This document shows positions 17,871 through 25,682 of a stretch of DNA of 64,000 nucleotides, piece by piece (within the stretch, counting starts at the first letter, position 1; the number at the start of each line of letters is the position of its first letter). Origin of the DNA: a virus; IMG/VR virus record IMGVR_UViG_3300036780_000119, positions 1 through 64,000 of that record; one strand, 5' to 3'. The translations under genes were made by a program, and so were the position numbers. Under the pieces are notes generated by a model that did not search any database, was not told where the DNA came from, and saw only the letters and a list, made by a program, of their open reading frames with translations.

Positions 17871-18086
17871 TTACCGGCGTCTCACCACGTACACGACGAA
17901 CAGGATGGCCAGCGCCATCCCGGCGGCGACCGTGCCGAGCCGGGTGGCCACCACCGCTGCCCTGCTCCCACCGGGGCCACCGCCCCCGTCCAGTGCGCCG
18001 GTGAGCGCCGCCGCAGCGCCGGCGATGAGGAGGATCCCACCGAGGATGGTCATCCGCCGGATCCGCTGCCGTGCGGCCTGGTTCAT
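17871..18086 (-). CDS. Small membrane protein
   Basis: Two TM segments. Confidence 0.55.
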   Translation of the reverse strand: MNQAARQRIRRMTILGGILLIAGAAAALTGALDGGGGPGGSRAAVVATRLGTVAAGMALAILFVVYVVRRR

Positions 18087-18367
18087 GTGTCTGGGCCGTA
18101 CATGGTGAGGGTGGTGGCGAGTTTGGTGGTGGCGTGGCCGGTCTGGCCGGTGTGGGCCTGGGCGTCGCCGCCGGTGAGTTCACCGCAGGTGGCACACGTC
18201 ACGGCAACAGCGTTGTGGTAGGCGAGCACTTTGACGCCCTTGCCGCTTGGCCAGTCTTCTGGCTGCGCATTCGCCGGTTCGGCTGGTTCGGGTGAGCCGT
18301 ATCTGGCGCGGTTGGCCGCGGCGAGTTCGGCTAGTTCCCCGGGGGGGAGGGAGGGCTGGGGGCTCAT
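18083..18367 (-). CDS. Hypothetical protein
   Basis: CATC..H....H; ATGA overlap. Confidence 0.55.
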   Translation of the reverse strand: MSPQPSLPPGELAELAAANRARYGSPEPAEPANAQPEDWPSGKGVKVLAYHNAVAVTCATCGELTGGDAQAHTGQTGHATTKLATTLTMYGPDT

Positions 18368-18829
18368 GGCACGTTACCCTAACAATCCTGTTGCGTCATG
18401 AAAACACCCCCTCTCCAGAACGGTGGCCCACCCATGGCAGCCGAACCCCGCACCGTACCCGTATCCGTCGTGTTCCCCCGCTCCACCGTCAACGCAATGA
18501 AACAGGCACACGGGGAAGCGGCACGATCCCGCTGGATCCTCGCAGTGATCCAGGACCGGCTCCACAGCGGCCACGCCGGCCCACACGAACAGGCACTCCT
18601 GAACGGAGACGGCAGTGACCAGGATGCGGGCCGGAGACTTCCCACTGAATGAATGGACCGAACACGACACCGCCAGATGCCCCGAATGCGGCGGCCGGCC
18701 ATGTGAGCTGCGCCGCTGCCTGAAAGTTCTCGGCCCATCCCACCTGCCCGGCATGCAGATGAAAATGGACGCGGCAGAAAGGTGGGAAGGCCGCTGCACC
18801 GTGTGCGGCTGGACCGGCCCCGCCACCCC

Positions 18830-19207
18830 TCACCCCTCGGGCAGCCGGTAGATACACCGGTGCCGCTGGCCGGGATGCCGCCACGCCACGATACGCAGCG
18901 TGTATCTGGCCCCGGTAGCCACGATGCTCCAGTCCTGGGTGCGGGGCGGGAACTGGATCGTCGTCGGCAGCGGAGTGTCCATGTCCCTCACGTTAAGAGT
19001 CCCCGGGCCGGCCCAGAAGTCAGCAAAGACACCCCGGCCCGAGGTGCCCGTGGTCACCGTTCCCGGGTATTTGCTGCGGCAGTCCGCTTCCAGGATGATC
19101 ACATCCGGTGTGGCGTACAGCACGTCAACGTTGTTCACCACGAGCTGTCCCTGGGTGACGGTGATCCCGGCGGCGTGGTCAGTCACTGCATGCTCTGATC
19201 CCTGCAT
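18830..19207 (-). CDS. Hypothetical protein
   Basis: Protein-like composition. Confidence 0.45.
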   Translation of the reverse strand: MQGSEHAVTDHAAGITVTQGQLVVNNVDVLYATPDVIILEADCRSKYPGTVTTGTSGRGVFADFWAGPGTLNVRDMDTPLPTTIQFPPRTQDWSIVATGARYTLRIVAWRHPGQRHRCIYRLPEG

Positions 19208-19241
19208 AAACCGGTCATCCTAACTCACCGGCCGGATCCCA

Positions 19242-19314
19242 GCGCCTGTAGCTCAACTGGACAGAGCGCCGCCTTCTAAGCGGCAGGCCGCAGGTTCGAC
19301 CCCTGCCAGGCGCG
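19242..19314 (+). tRNA. tRNA-Arg(TCT)
   Basis: Cloverleaf, loop CTTCTAA. Confidence 0.9.
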
Positions 19315-19378
19315 CAGGGTGGATGCGTATCACCCCCGTTTTGCACGGGGATGGGAGGCGGCGCATCCACCCGTTTTG

Positions 19379-19450
19379 GCCCCGTTGGAGGAACGGCAAC
19401 TCACCCGGTTCTCAGCCGGGAGATCACCGGGTCAGCACCGGTACGGGGTA
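19379..19450 (+). tRNA. tRNA-Glu(CTC)
   Basis: Cloverleaf; atypical T-loop GTCAGCA. Confidence 0.8.
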
Positions 19451-19581
19451 CGGAGACCAGGCACGGCCGCCTAGAGATCCTCACCGATTCCATGGACGTG
19501 TCAGGGGATTGCTCGTGCATAGGTGAACAAAGTCCGTTGGAAACCCGGCAAGCGTACCGCCCTCTACCTGGTCTCCCCGTT

Positions 19582-19664
19582 GCCGCTGTTGCTCTGCTGG
19601 CTAGGGGCCGCCGGGCCTTCAACCCGGATAAGCGACGCGGGTTCAATTCCCGCCAGCGGCACCA
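19582..19664 (+). tRNA. tRNA-Glu(TTC), atypical
   Basis: Loop CCTTCAA, 9-nt variable region, encoded CCA. Confidence 0.75.
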
Positions 19665-19686
19665 AACACGCCCAAATATTACCGGC

Positions 19687-19713
19687 TAGTTGCAGCCCGC
19701 ATAGCCATACGCT
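19687..19713 (+). promoter_or_regulatory. Recurrent promoter motif before tRNA-Met
   Basis: TAGTTGCA-N13-TACGCT. Confidence 0.6.
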
Positions 19714-19718
19714 AGCAG

Positions 19719-19791
19719 CGCGGTGTGGAGGAGTTCGGTACCTCGGCAGGCTCATAATCTGCAGGCCTCAGTTCAAATCTGAGCACCGCTA
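19719..19791 (+). tRNA. tRNA-Met(CAT), initiator-like
   Basis: Cloverleaf, C1xU72 mismatch. Confidence 0.85.
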
Positions 19792-19792
19792 C

Positions 19793-19866
19793 TGCGGGGT
19801 GGCCAATGCGGGAAGGCACCGGATTCATGCTCCGGCATATGCGGGTTCGATCCCCCGTCCCCGCTA
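19793..19866 (+). tRNA. tRNA-Met(CAT)
   Basis: Cloverleaf, loop TTCATGC. Confidence 0.8.
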
Positions 19867-19917
19867 CGAGGTGCCACGGTGACCGTATCCTGCTCCGGTC
19901 ATCGCGGCGCCACCCAT

Positions 19918-19991
19918 TCTCCCGTGGCCTAAATTGGCAGGGCTCTGGATTGTTAATCCAGTGTGTAGACGTTCGAATCGTCTCGGGAGAG
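19918..19991 (+). tRNA. tRNA-Asn(GTT)
   Basis: Cloverleaf, G73. Confidence 0.9.
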
Positions 19992-20010
19992 CGGAAGGGT
20001 GGATACATCC

Positions 20011-20427
20011 GTGCCATATGCGGATCCCGGGCGCCAACGTGAATATCAGCGTTTTTGGATTGCTCAGCGCCGGGCAACGTGGTTCACCGGGAAAGTATGC
20101 GACGAGTGTGGGACGGCGCAGAACCTTGAGCTAGACCACAAGGATCCGTCAACCAAAGTTACTCATGCCGTATGGAGTTGGTCAGCTAAGCGACGAGAAG
20201 CAGAACTCGCAAAGTGCCGCGCCTTGTGCTTCAAATGCCACCTGGCCAAATCCGGTGGTGAACATGCCAAAGGTGAACATAACGGCATGGCTAAGCTAAC
20301 GGAGAAGGATGTTATAACTATCCGCGCGTCGCCTTTGGGACACCGTCCTCTCGCTCGGGCTCTCGGTGTGGATGAGGCGACCGTCCGTGGTATTCGTTCG
20401 GGCCGGACATGGAAACACGTTGCGTAG
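20011..20427 (+). CDS. HNH homing endonuclease with C-terminal HTH
   Basis: CDECG..NLELDHKDP...CRALCFKCH; GEHNGMAKLT. Confidence 0.85.
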   Translation: MPYADPGRQREYQRFWIAQRRATWFTGKVCDECGTAQNLELDHKDPSTKVTHAVWSWSAKRREAELAKCRALCFKCHLAKSGGEHAKGEHNGMAKLTEKDVITIRASPLGHRPLARALGVDEATVRGIRSGRTWKHVA

Positions 20428-20438
20428 TTGTGCAGCGT

Positions 20439-20512
20439 GGGGGTGTAGCTCAGTTGGTTAGAGCATCGGATTGTCGATCCGAAGGTCGCGCGTTCAAGTC
20501 GCGTCATCCCCG
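20439..20512 (+). tRNA. tRNA-Asp(GTC)
   Basis: Cloverleaf. Confidence 0.95.
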
Positions 20513-20609
20513 CTGGGAGGGCCGAGGTTCGCCCTTGGAGTAAAGCCGGGATCGCGTTAACTCCCGGTCCGGTCCTCCCGCCCACCAGAACCACCCGGAT
20601 ATCATCCGG

Positions 20610-20635
20610 TAGTTGCAGGCACCTACCGGTAGTTT
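20610..20635 (+). promoter_or_regulatory. Recurrent promoter motif, likely leaderless mRNA
   Basis: TAGTTGCA-N12-TAGTTT, 7 nt before ATG at 20643. Confidence 0.65.
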
Positions 20636-20642
20636 TTCCTGC

Positions 20643-20870
20643 ATGGTGCGAGGGGAAATCCCTGGTGAATTTGTTCAGTTCACATGCCGGCTGATCCCGT
20701 CTGTGGCGCAGGTACTGGCCGATGCGTCCACGCGTGAGGGATTGTCCCGGACAGACATCACGAACCGCGCCTTGCAGGTGTACAGCTTCCTGCTGGCCGA
20801 ATCACACGCCGGCAGTGATCTGCTCATCCGCCGGCCCGGTGATGAGCTGATGCTGGTGCGCCTGTTCTGA
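20643..20870 (+). CDS. Ribbon-helix-helix-like protein
   Basis: FTCRL...LADASTREGLSRTDITNRALQVY. Confidence 0.65.
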   Translation: MVRGEIPGEFVQFTCRLIPSVAQVLADASTREGLSRTDITNRALQVYSFLLAESHAGSDLLIRRPGDELMLVRLF

Positions 20871-20874
20871 AAAT

Positions 20875-20946
20875 GCCCGCTTAGCTCACTGGGAGAGCAC
20901 CCCTTTGACGGGGGGGAGGCAGGAGGTCCGATTCCTCCAGTGGGCA
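20875..20946 (+). tRNA. tRNA-Val(GAC)
   Basis: Cloverleaf. Confidence 0.9.
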
Positions 20947-21190
20947 CATGTCAAATCCTGGAAGGGGAACACGGGGTGCCTGAGGATCCGGAAAGCGGCT
21001 GGAAGTGGCATGTCGCCCGCGCCGAAGAAGCACTTGAAGCAGCCGCCCGGTCCGGCCTGCCAACCGAACGGATCCAGGCCCACACCGCACGGGCCCGCGG
21101 CCATCTTGAGGTAGCCAGGGAGATGCGGTCGGCCTGGACGTGGCGCCGGTTCGAGGGACAGGTGATGGCGGGAGAAACGGCCCCAGGCAA

Positions 21191-21598
21191 GTGAAACTGT
21201 ATCTGGCAGGGCCGATGCGCGGCTGGCCCGAATTCAATCACCCTGGTTTCCGTGCCGCCGCCAGGCTGCTCCGCGACGCCGGCCATGTGGTGTTCAGCCC
21301 AGCAGAACACGACCGGGCGATGGGCCTGGACACGTCGGGAATGCGGGGCGACCTGGCTGAGACTGAGCATGTGGTGCCGTTGCGGGTTCTCCTCGCCGCG
21401 GACTTGGCCTGGATCTGCGGGGAGGCGCAGGGCTTGGTGGTGATGCCCGGGTGGGAAGCGTCCCTGGGGTGCCGGGCGGAGGTGGCGGTTGCGTTCACGC
21501 TGGGGTTGCCGGTGTGGCCACTGGATGAATTCCTCGCTGTGGGAGTGGATGCCCGGCGCGTGCTGGCGGTTCCTGCGATCACGGTGGAGGCCGCGTGA
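21191..21598 (+). CDS. DUF4406 / nucleoside deoxyribosyltransferase-like protein
   Basis: KLYLAGPMRG.PEFN...PGWEASLGCRAE. Confidence 0.85.
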   Translation: MKLYLAGPMRGWPEFNHPGFRAAARLLRDAGHVVFSPAEHDRAMGLDTSGMRGDLAETEHVVPLRVLLAADLAWICGEAQGLVVMPGWEASLGCRAEVAVAFTLGLPVWPLDEFLAVGVDARRVLAVPAITVEAA

Positions 21599-21987
21599 CC
21601 GTGACAGTGGTCCGCGGGGACGCTCGTGATCTGCCGTTGCCGGACGGCTCGGTGGACTTGATCATTACCAGCCCCCCCTATTTCGGATTGCGTTCCTACA
21701 CGGACGCCGGCGAGCACTACGACGGCCAGATCGGCTCCGAGGCGACCCCCGCCGAGTGGCTGGCGGCTGCGCGCAACGTGGCTGCTGGTGTGGCGGCACC
21801 GGGCTATCCCCGTGGGCGGTGGGGCGCTGGCTGCGGGTGCTGCGATCATCGGGGCTGGACTCCAGGCCGGCGGTGGCACCGGGATTCTCGTGATCCTGCT
21901 TGGTTTGATGACTGGCGGGGTGGGCGTGTTCTTCGTCGCGTGGGGTCTTGGTTTCAGCAGCGGCTAAGGCGACGGCGGGAAAGCTAA
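21595..21987 (+). pseudogene. Truncated N4/N6 DNA methyltransferase
   Basis: GDARDLPLPDGSVDLIITSPPY; similarity stops after about 57 aa; no FxGxG motif. Confidence 0.7.
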
Positions 21988-22018
21988 GCCCTGCGTAACT
22001 ACCTGGTGGTGAGAGTCC

Positions 22019-23014
22019 CTAAGAGAACAGCTCACCTTGCCCGTCGATTTCGGGTGCCTGGCAGCGGGAACATAGCCGCCCGGTGCGACGGGGCCGTTCC
22101 CGGTCGGCTCCCCATCCCCAGGTGAGGCGTTCCGCGGGCACGTCCAGGCCGAGGGAGCGGGCTTCGGCTTCGATGTCGTGAAGTTCGGCAGCGGTGTCGG
22201 GGTAGAACAGTTCGAGGCCGTAGATTTCGCCTTTCTGGGCGAACGCCCCGCATAGGCAGTCGCCAGACATGTGCAGGTGCACTGTCACCTCGTTGACCGG
22301 CAGCGTCCCGGGTTCGCAGAGCCGGTGTTCGGCGTGGTTGTGGGCCTGGCGGCAGCGGTGCCGTTCCCGGTATTCGCTCATGTGCCCGTCGGTCCAGTGG
22401 ACGATCGGGGAGCACCACACCATGGCACCTTTGCGGTCTACCTCATCGGCGTTGCGCCACCGTCGTTCTGATTCGCCCCAGCGCATGCCGTCGAGGAACA
22501 CGATCTGGCCGGCCCGGCCGCGTTTGCCGACGAGTTGGCTGCGGAGTCCCTCGAACGCGCGTTCTTTCAGCCGCTGGTACATGAGGTAGTGGCCGGCTGG
22601 GCCGGGGAAGCCTTTCCACACGGGCCGTCCTTCCCCGGTGCGGGGGAGGACCCGCCCGCATACCAGGTCCCGGTAGGTGTCTTGCCCGTGGGGCTGGAAC
22701 AGTTCCATTCCCCATGCTGCGGCGCAGGCTTGCACGTAGCGGGCGGTGCCGGGGACGCGGATCCTGGTGTCGGCCAGCGCGACCTGGTGGACGCGTTCCC
22801 GCAGCAGGTGTGACAGGAGGGTTGAGTCGTTGCCGCCGGAGAACAGCAGGACCACGAACTGTGGTGACCACTGTTCGCAGACCTCGTCCAGGATTTGATG
22901 GGAGCGGGTGATGGCCTGGTTGAGGGTCATGCCTGCGTAGCTGAGGGCTTTCGGTGGGGTTTTCGCGAGGACGTCTGGCATGCCGGGGAGCAGCCCGGTG
23001 GTGCGGGTTTTCAC
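22019..23014 (-). CDS. PAPS reductase-family (PP-loop) protein
   Basis: LLFSGGNDS PP-loop, GMRWGESERR, SGDCLCGAF. Confidence 0.85.
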   Translation of the reverse strand: MKTRTTGLLPGMPDVLAKTPPKALSYAGMTLNQAITRSHQILDEVCEQWSPQFVVLLFSGGNDSTLLSHLLRERVHQVALADTRIRVPGTARYVQACAAAWGMELFQPHGQDTYRDLVCGRVLPRTGEGRPVWKGFPGPAGHYLMYQRLKERAFEGLRSQLVGKRGRAGQIVFLDGMRWGESERRWRNADEVDRKGAMVWCSPIVHWTDGHMSEYRERHRCRQAHNHAEHRLCEPGTLPVNEVTVHLHMSGDCLCGAFAQKGEIYGLELFYPDTAAELHDIEAEARSLGLDVPAERLTWGWGADRERPRRTGRLCSRCQAPEIDGQGELFS

Positions 23015-23061
23015 GCGCTGTCCATGTCGCAACCGCAGGCAGCCTCGTGTTTCACGGCCGA

Positions 23062-23087
23062 AACTTAGGAGCCGGGGCGTGCAACTA
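23062..23087 (-). promoter_or_regulatory. Recurrent promoter motif (minus strand)
   Basis: TAGTTGCA-N12-TAAGTT. Confidence 0.6.
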
Positions 23088-23137
23088 CCCGGTGGTGAGA
23101 ACCACGGTTCGTGGCCGCCGGCGAGGCGGTGCACTAG

Positions 23138-23210
23138 GCCCCTGTAGCTCAACGGAAAGAGCATCTGCCTACGGAGCAGACGGTTGCGCGTTCGAATCGC
23201 GTCAGGGGTA
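23138..23210 (+). tRNA. tRNA-Arg(ACG)
   Basis: Cloverleaf. Confidence 0.95.
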
Positions 23211-23249
23211 CGCGGGAAGGCGACATCGCCTTTCCCAGAGTGTTGTTTT

Positions 23250-23321
23250 GCCTGGTTAGCTCAGCGGGAGAGCGCCCCGTCCACGCCGGGGAAGCGGGAG
23301 GTTCGACACCTCCACCGGGCA
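23250..23321 (+). tRNA. tRNA-Val(CAC)
   Basis: Cloverleaf, loop TCCACGC. Confidence 0.85.
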
Positions 23322-23322
23322 C

Positions 23323-23397
23323 GGTGCCTGTAGCTCAGCCGGTCAGAGCGCCTGGTTGTGGGCCAGGAGGACGCGCGTTCAAGTCGCGTCAGGCACC
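23323..23397 (+). tRNA. tRNA-His(GTG)
   Basis: Cloverleaf with G-1:C73. Confidence 0.9.
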
Positions 23398-23422
23398 CGG
23401 AAGGAAAGGCGACGAAAAGCGG

Positions 23423-23740
23423 ATGAGATTCCGGACCGAAACCGGGTCGGTGTATGAGATCAAGGGGCACCGGATGCGGCGTCTCACCGGGACACGCCCG
23501 CCGACACGGAACCAGCGTGGTGAGGGTGTGTGGCGTGAGTACACGGCGATCGTGCCGGCCCCGCGGGTGGGTGCCCGGCCACTGGTGCAGTGGGGCTGGG
23601 AAGGTGACGTGCTCCGGCAGACCCTGCTGTCGGAGGTGGTGGAGGTTTTTGATGGCATCCCCCTGGAGCATGATGGGCCGGATTTCTATCTGGGGACGCC
23701 GGTCACTGGAGCGCACATCCGGCGGCGTGTCCTGAACTGA
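23423..23740 (+). CDS. Hypothetical protein
   Basis: MRFRTETGSVYEI, upstream purine-rich RBS. Confidence 0.6.
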   Translation: MRFRTETGSVYEIKGHRMRRLTGTRPPTRNQRGEGVWREYTAIVPAPRVGARPLVQWGWEGDVLRQTLLSEVVEVFDGIPLEHDGPDFYLGTPVTGAHIRRRVLN

Positions 23741-23781
23741 AAAAAGCGACGGAAAGCGACAGCAAGAGATGGGAGACGGGC

Positions 23782-24174
23782 ATGCCCGAGAGAGTGACGG
23801 TCCGCAAAGACGAGCTCCTGAAAGTGCTGCGGGCGAACCGGGAGGCGCACCGGGGCAAGTTCGAGCGGGCGTATGAGAGGTTCCGCGGGCAGGCGATCGC
23901 CGCGTTGCGGGAGAACCTCGACGCGGCCCGGGTGGGTGGCCCGGTGGTGCTGGTGGTTGGCTTGCCGGTGCCGGAGGATCACACGGAGGATTACGACCGG
24001 GAGATCCGGATGCTGGAGATGCATCAGGGCACCGAGGTCGAGATTGCGTCGCGGTTGTTCGACCAGATTGTGATGGACCGGTGGGGGTGGAAGGCGTCGT
24101 TCGCGGCCAACACCGAGTCCTACCTGGTTGAGGAGGTTCCGGAACGGTGTGACGCCGGCGAGTTCTACCAGTAA
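23782..24174 (+). CDS. Conserved hypothetical phage protein
   Basis: ELLKVLRANRE.H...P.DHTEDYDR.I.MLE. Confidence 0.75.
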   Translation: MPERVTVRKDELLKVLRANREAHRGKFERAYERFRGQAIAALRENLDAARVGGPVVLVVGLPVPEDHTEDYDREIRMLEMHQGTEVEIASRLFDQIVMDRWGWKASFAANTESYLVEEVPERCDAGEFYQ

Positions 24175-24183
24175 GAAGCCCTG

Positions 24184-24624
24184 GTGGCCTACACGAGACA
24201 ACAGCGACGCGAGTACCAGGCCCGGCGCCGTGCCGCCATTCGAGCGGAGTTGATCGCCATGCTCGGTGGCCGGTGCGTGATATGCGGGACGGTGGATGAC
24301 CTGGAGTTTGATCACATAGACCCGCAGACCAAGGTTTTCACCATTGCCTGTGGCCTAGATCGGCCGCGTCCGATCCTGGTAGCGGAAGCCGCTAAGTGCC
24401 AGCTTTTGTGCTGCATAGATCACAAGGTCAAAACGAAAGGAGATGGTGAACAGCCGAACCGGGCCCGTGGTGAGCGTGTCGCAGGGGCCAAGCTGACCGC
24501 AAATGACGTTCGGGAGATCCGGATATCTGATCTGCCGACGCAGCAGCTAGCACTCCTGTACGGCGTGTGTATCTCAACAATCCAAGAGGCCCGTGCGGGG
24601 CGTACCTGGAGGCATGTGGCCTAG
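24184..24624 (+). CDS. HNH homing endonuclease with C-terminal HTH
   Basis: LGGRCVICG..LEFDHIDP...KCQLLC..H; paralog of 20011-20427. Confidence 0.85.
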   Translation: MAYTRQQRREYQARRRAAIRAELIAMLGGRCVICGTVDDLEFDHIDPQTKVFTIACGLDRPRPILVAEAAKCQLLCCIDHKVKTKGDGEQPNRARGERVAGAKLTANDVREIRISDLPTQQLALLYGVCISTIQEARAGRTWRHVA

Positions 24625-24704
24625 CCAGAGATGGGCAGTGGCTGCCCCGTCGCCTGTAAAGCGACCGCCTTTGGGTACTGGAGGTTCGATTCCTCCCTCT
24701 GGCA
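24624..24704 (+). tRNA. tRNA-Tyr(GTA)
   Basis: Cloverleaf with variable arm. Confidence 0.85.
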
Positions 24705-24957
24705 CGAACGCGGGGCGGTTCCCGCTAAGTGGCCACACCGCAGGAACCGCCCCGCTGCCTTGGATCAGGACTTGCGTCCTTTGAGATGGGATCCAGGTGG
24801 CGGCCCCGGCCGTGCCCCGGTGAGGAACTACGGGGCGCGGACGGGGACCGCCGGACTGGCTCTGATCCTCCTAGGCGATGGCCGGCCGTGAAGTGGGCCA
24901 TGGCGGTAGGAGTTGTGACGATCCGGGCCAGTTGTTCGCTCACAGTAACACGACCAA

Positions 24958-25031
24958 GCTCTCGTGGCGCAAGGGATTAGCGCACGCGGCTCCGGACCGC
25001 GAGGTTGCCAGTTCGAATCTGGCCGAGGGCA
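24958..25031 (+). tRNA. tRNA-Arg(CCG)
   Basis: Cloverleaf. Confidence 0.9.
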
Positions 25032-25032
25032 C

Positions 25033-25124
25033 GCAGGGGTGGCCAGCCAGCCACAAACCATGCGGCCGGGCCCGCAGAACAGCGACCTAGGCCCGTTGAG
25101 CCACCGCTGGCTGGCCACCCCTGC
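25033..25124 (+). ncRNA. TIGR-like unit with extended loop
   Basis: 19-bp stem; AGCCA-caaaccatg-CG...CCG-ttgagccac-CGCT. Confidence 0.6.
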
Positions 25125-25127
25125 TGA

Positions 25128-25200
25128 TGGCCCGTAGCTCAGGGGACAGAGCGGCGGTTTCCTAAACCGCAGGGCGCGGGTTCGAGTCCCGCCGGGCCAG
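25128..25200 (+). tRNA. tRNA-Arg(CCT)
   Basis: Cloverleaf. Confidence 0.9.
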
Positions 25201-25202
25201 CT

Positions 25203-25280
25203 GGGGGTGGCAGGCCGGCCACCGGCAGCTCCGTGGGATCCCCCTCCCATAACACCGTTCACGGCCGGCCTGCTACCCCT
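25203..25280 (+). ncRNA. Divergent TIGR-like unit
   Basis: Long stem; GGCCA-ccggcagctc-CGTGGGA..TCCCA-taacaccgt.. Confidence 0.45.
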
Positions 25281-25286
25281 GTTTGT

Positions 25287-25360
25287 GGCGCACGTCTCGC
25301 TGGTGGTGGGGGGCAGCCTGCAAAGCTGCCGGTAGACCGGTCCGATTCCGGTGTGCGCCT
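25287..25360 (+). tRNA. tRNA-Cys(GCA)
   Basis: Acceptor ggcgcac/gtgcgcc, U73, loop CTGCAAA. Confidence 0.8.
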
Positions 25361-25413
25361 CTAGGTGCTGGCACGCTATTGGCTGGTGATGGCCCACCGG
25401 TTCTATTGCCGGG

Positions 25414-25439
25414 TAGTTGCGGCGGACGGTCTTTAAGTT
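25414..25439 (+). promoter_or_regulatory. Recurrent promoter motif, likely leaderless mRNA
   Basis: TAGTTGCG-N12-TAAGTT, 6 nt before GTG at 25446. Confidence 0.55.
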
Positions 25440-25445
25440 ACGCCG

Positions 25446-25682
25446 GTGGTAGACGGGGTTGTGGGCTGGGAATTTGGCGTACGGCACGCCGATGGGACTA
25501 TCAGCCGGTGCGCTAGCCGGGCTGAGGCTGATCGTGTGGCCGCAGATGAAGGCGGCGAGATTGTGACGCGTCGCGCCTGGACGCTACAGCCGGAAAATGT
25601 CCTCGTCAGCGGGCACCCACGCGCCCTGGGCGCGGACGATGTCGCTCCGCTTGATCCAGAAGGCGAATCCGTAGTCGAGTAG
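25446..25682 (+). CDS. Hypothetical protein
   Basis: Follows the promoter motif; overlaps the integrase 3' end convergently. Confidence 0.45.
   Translation: MVDGVVGWEFGVRHADGTISRCASRAEADRVAADEGGEIVTRRAWTLQPENVLVSGHPRALGADDVAPLDPEGESVVE

Noticed and set aside
19582-19664. Opal suppressor or selenocysteine tRNA (TCA)
   Set aside because: The stem ccggg/cccgg centres the loop on TTC; no Sec-type long acceptor or variable arm
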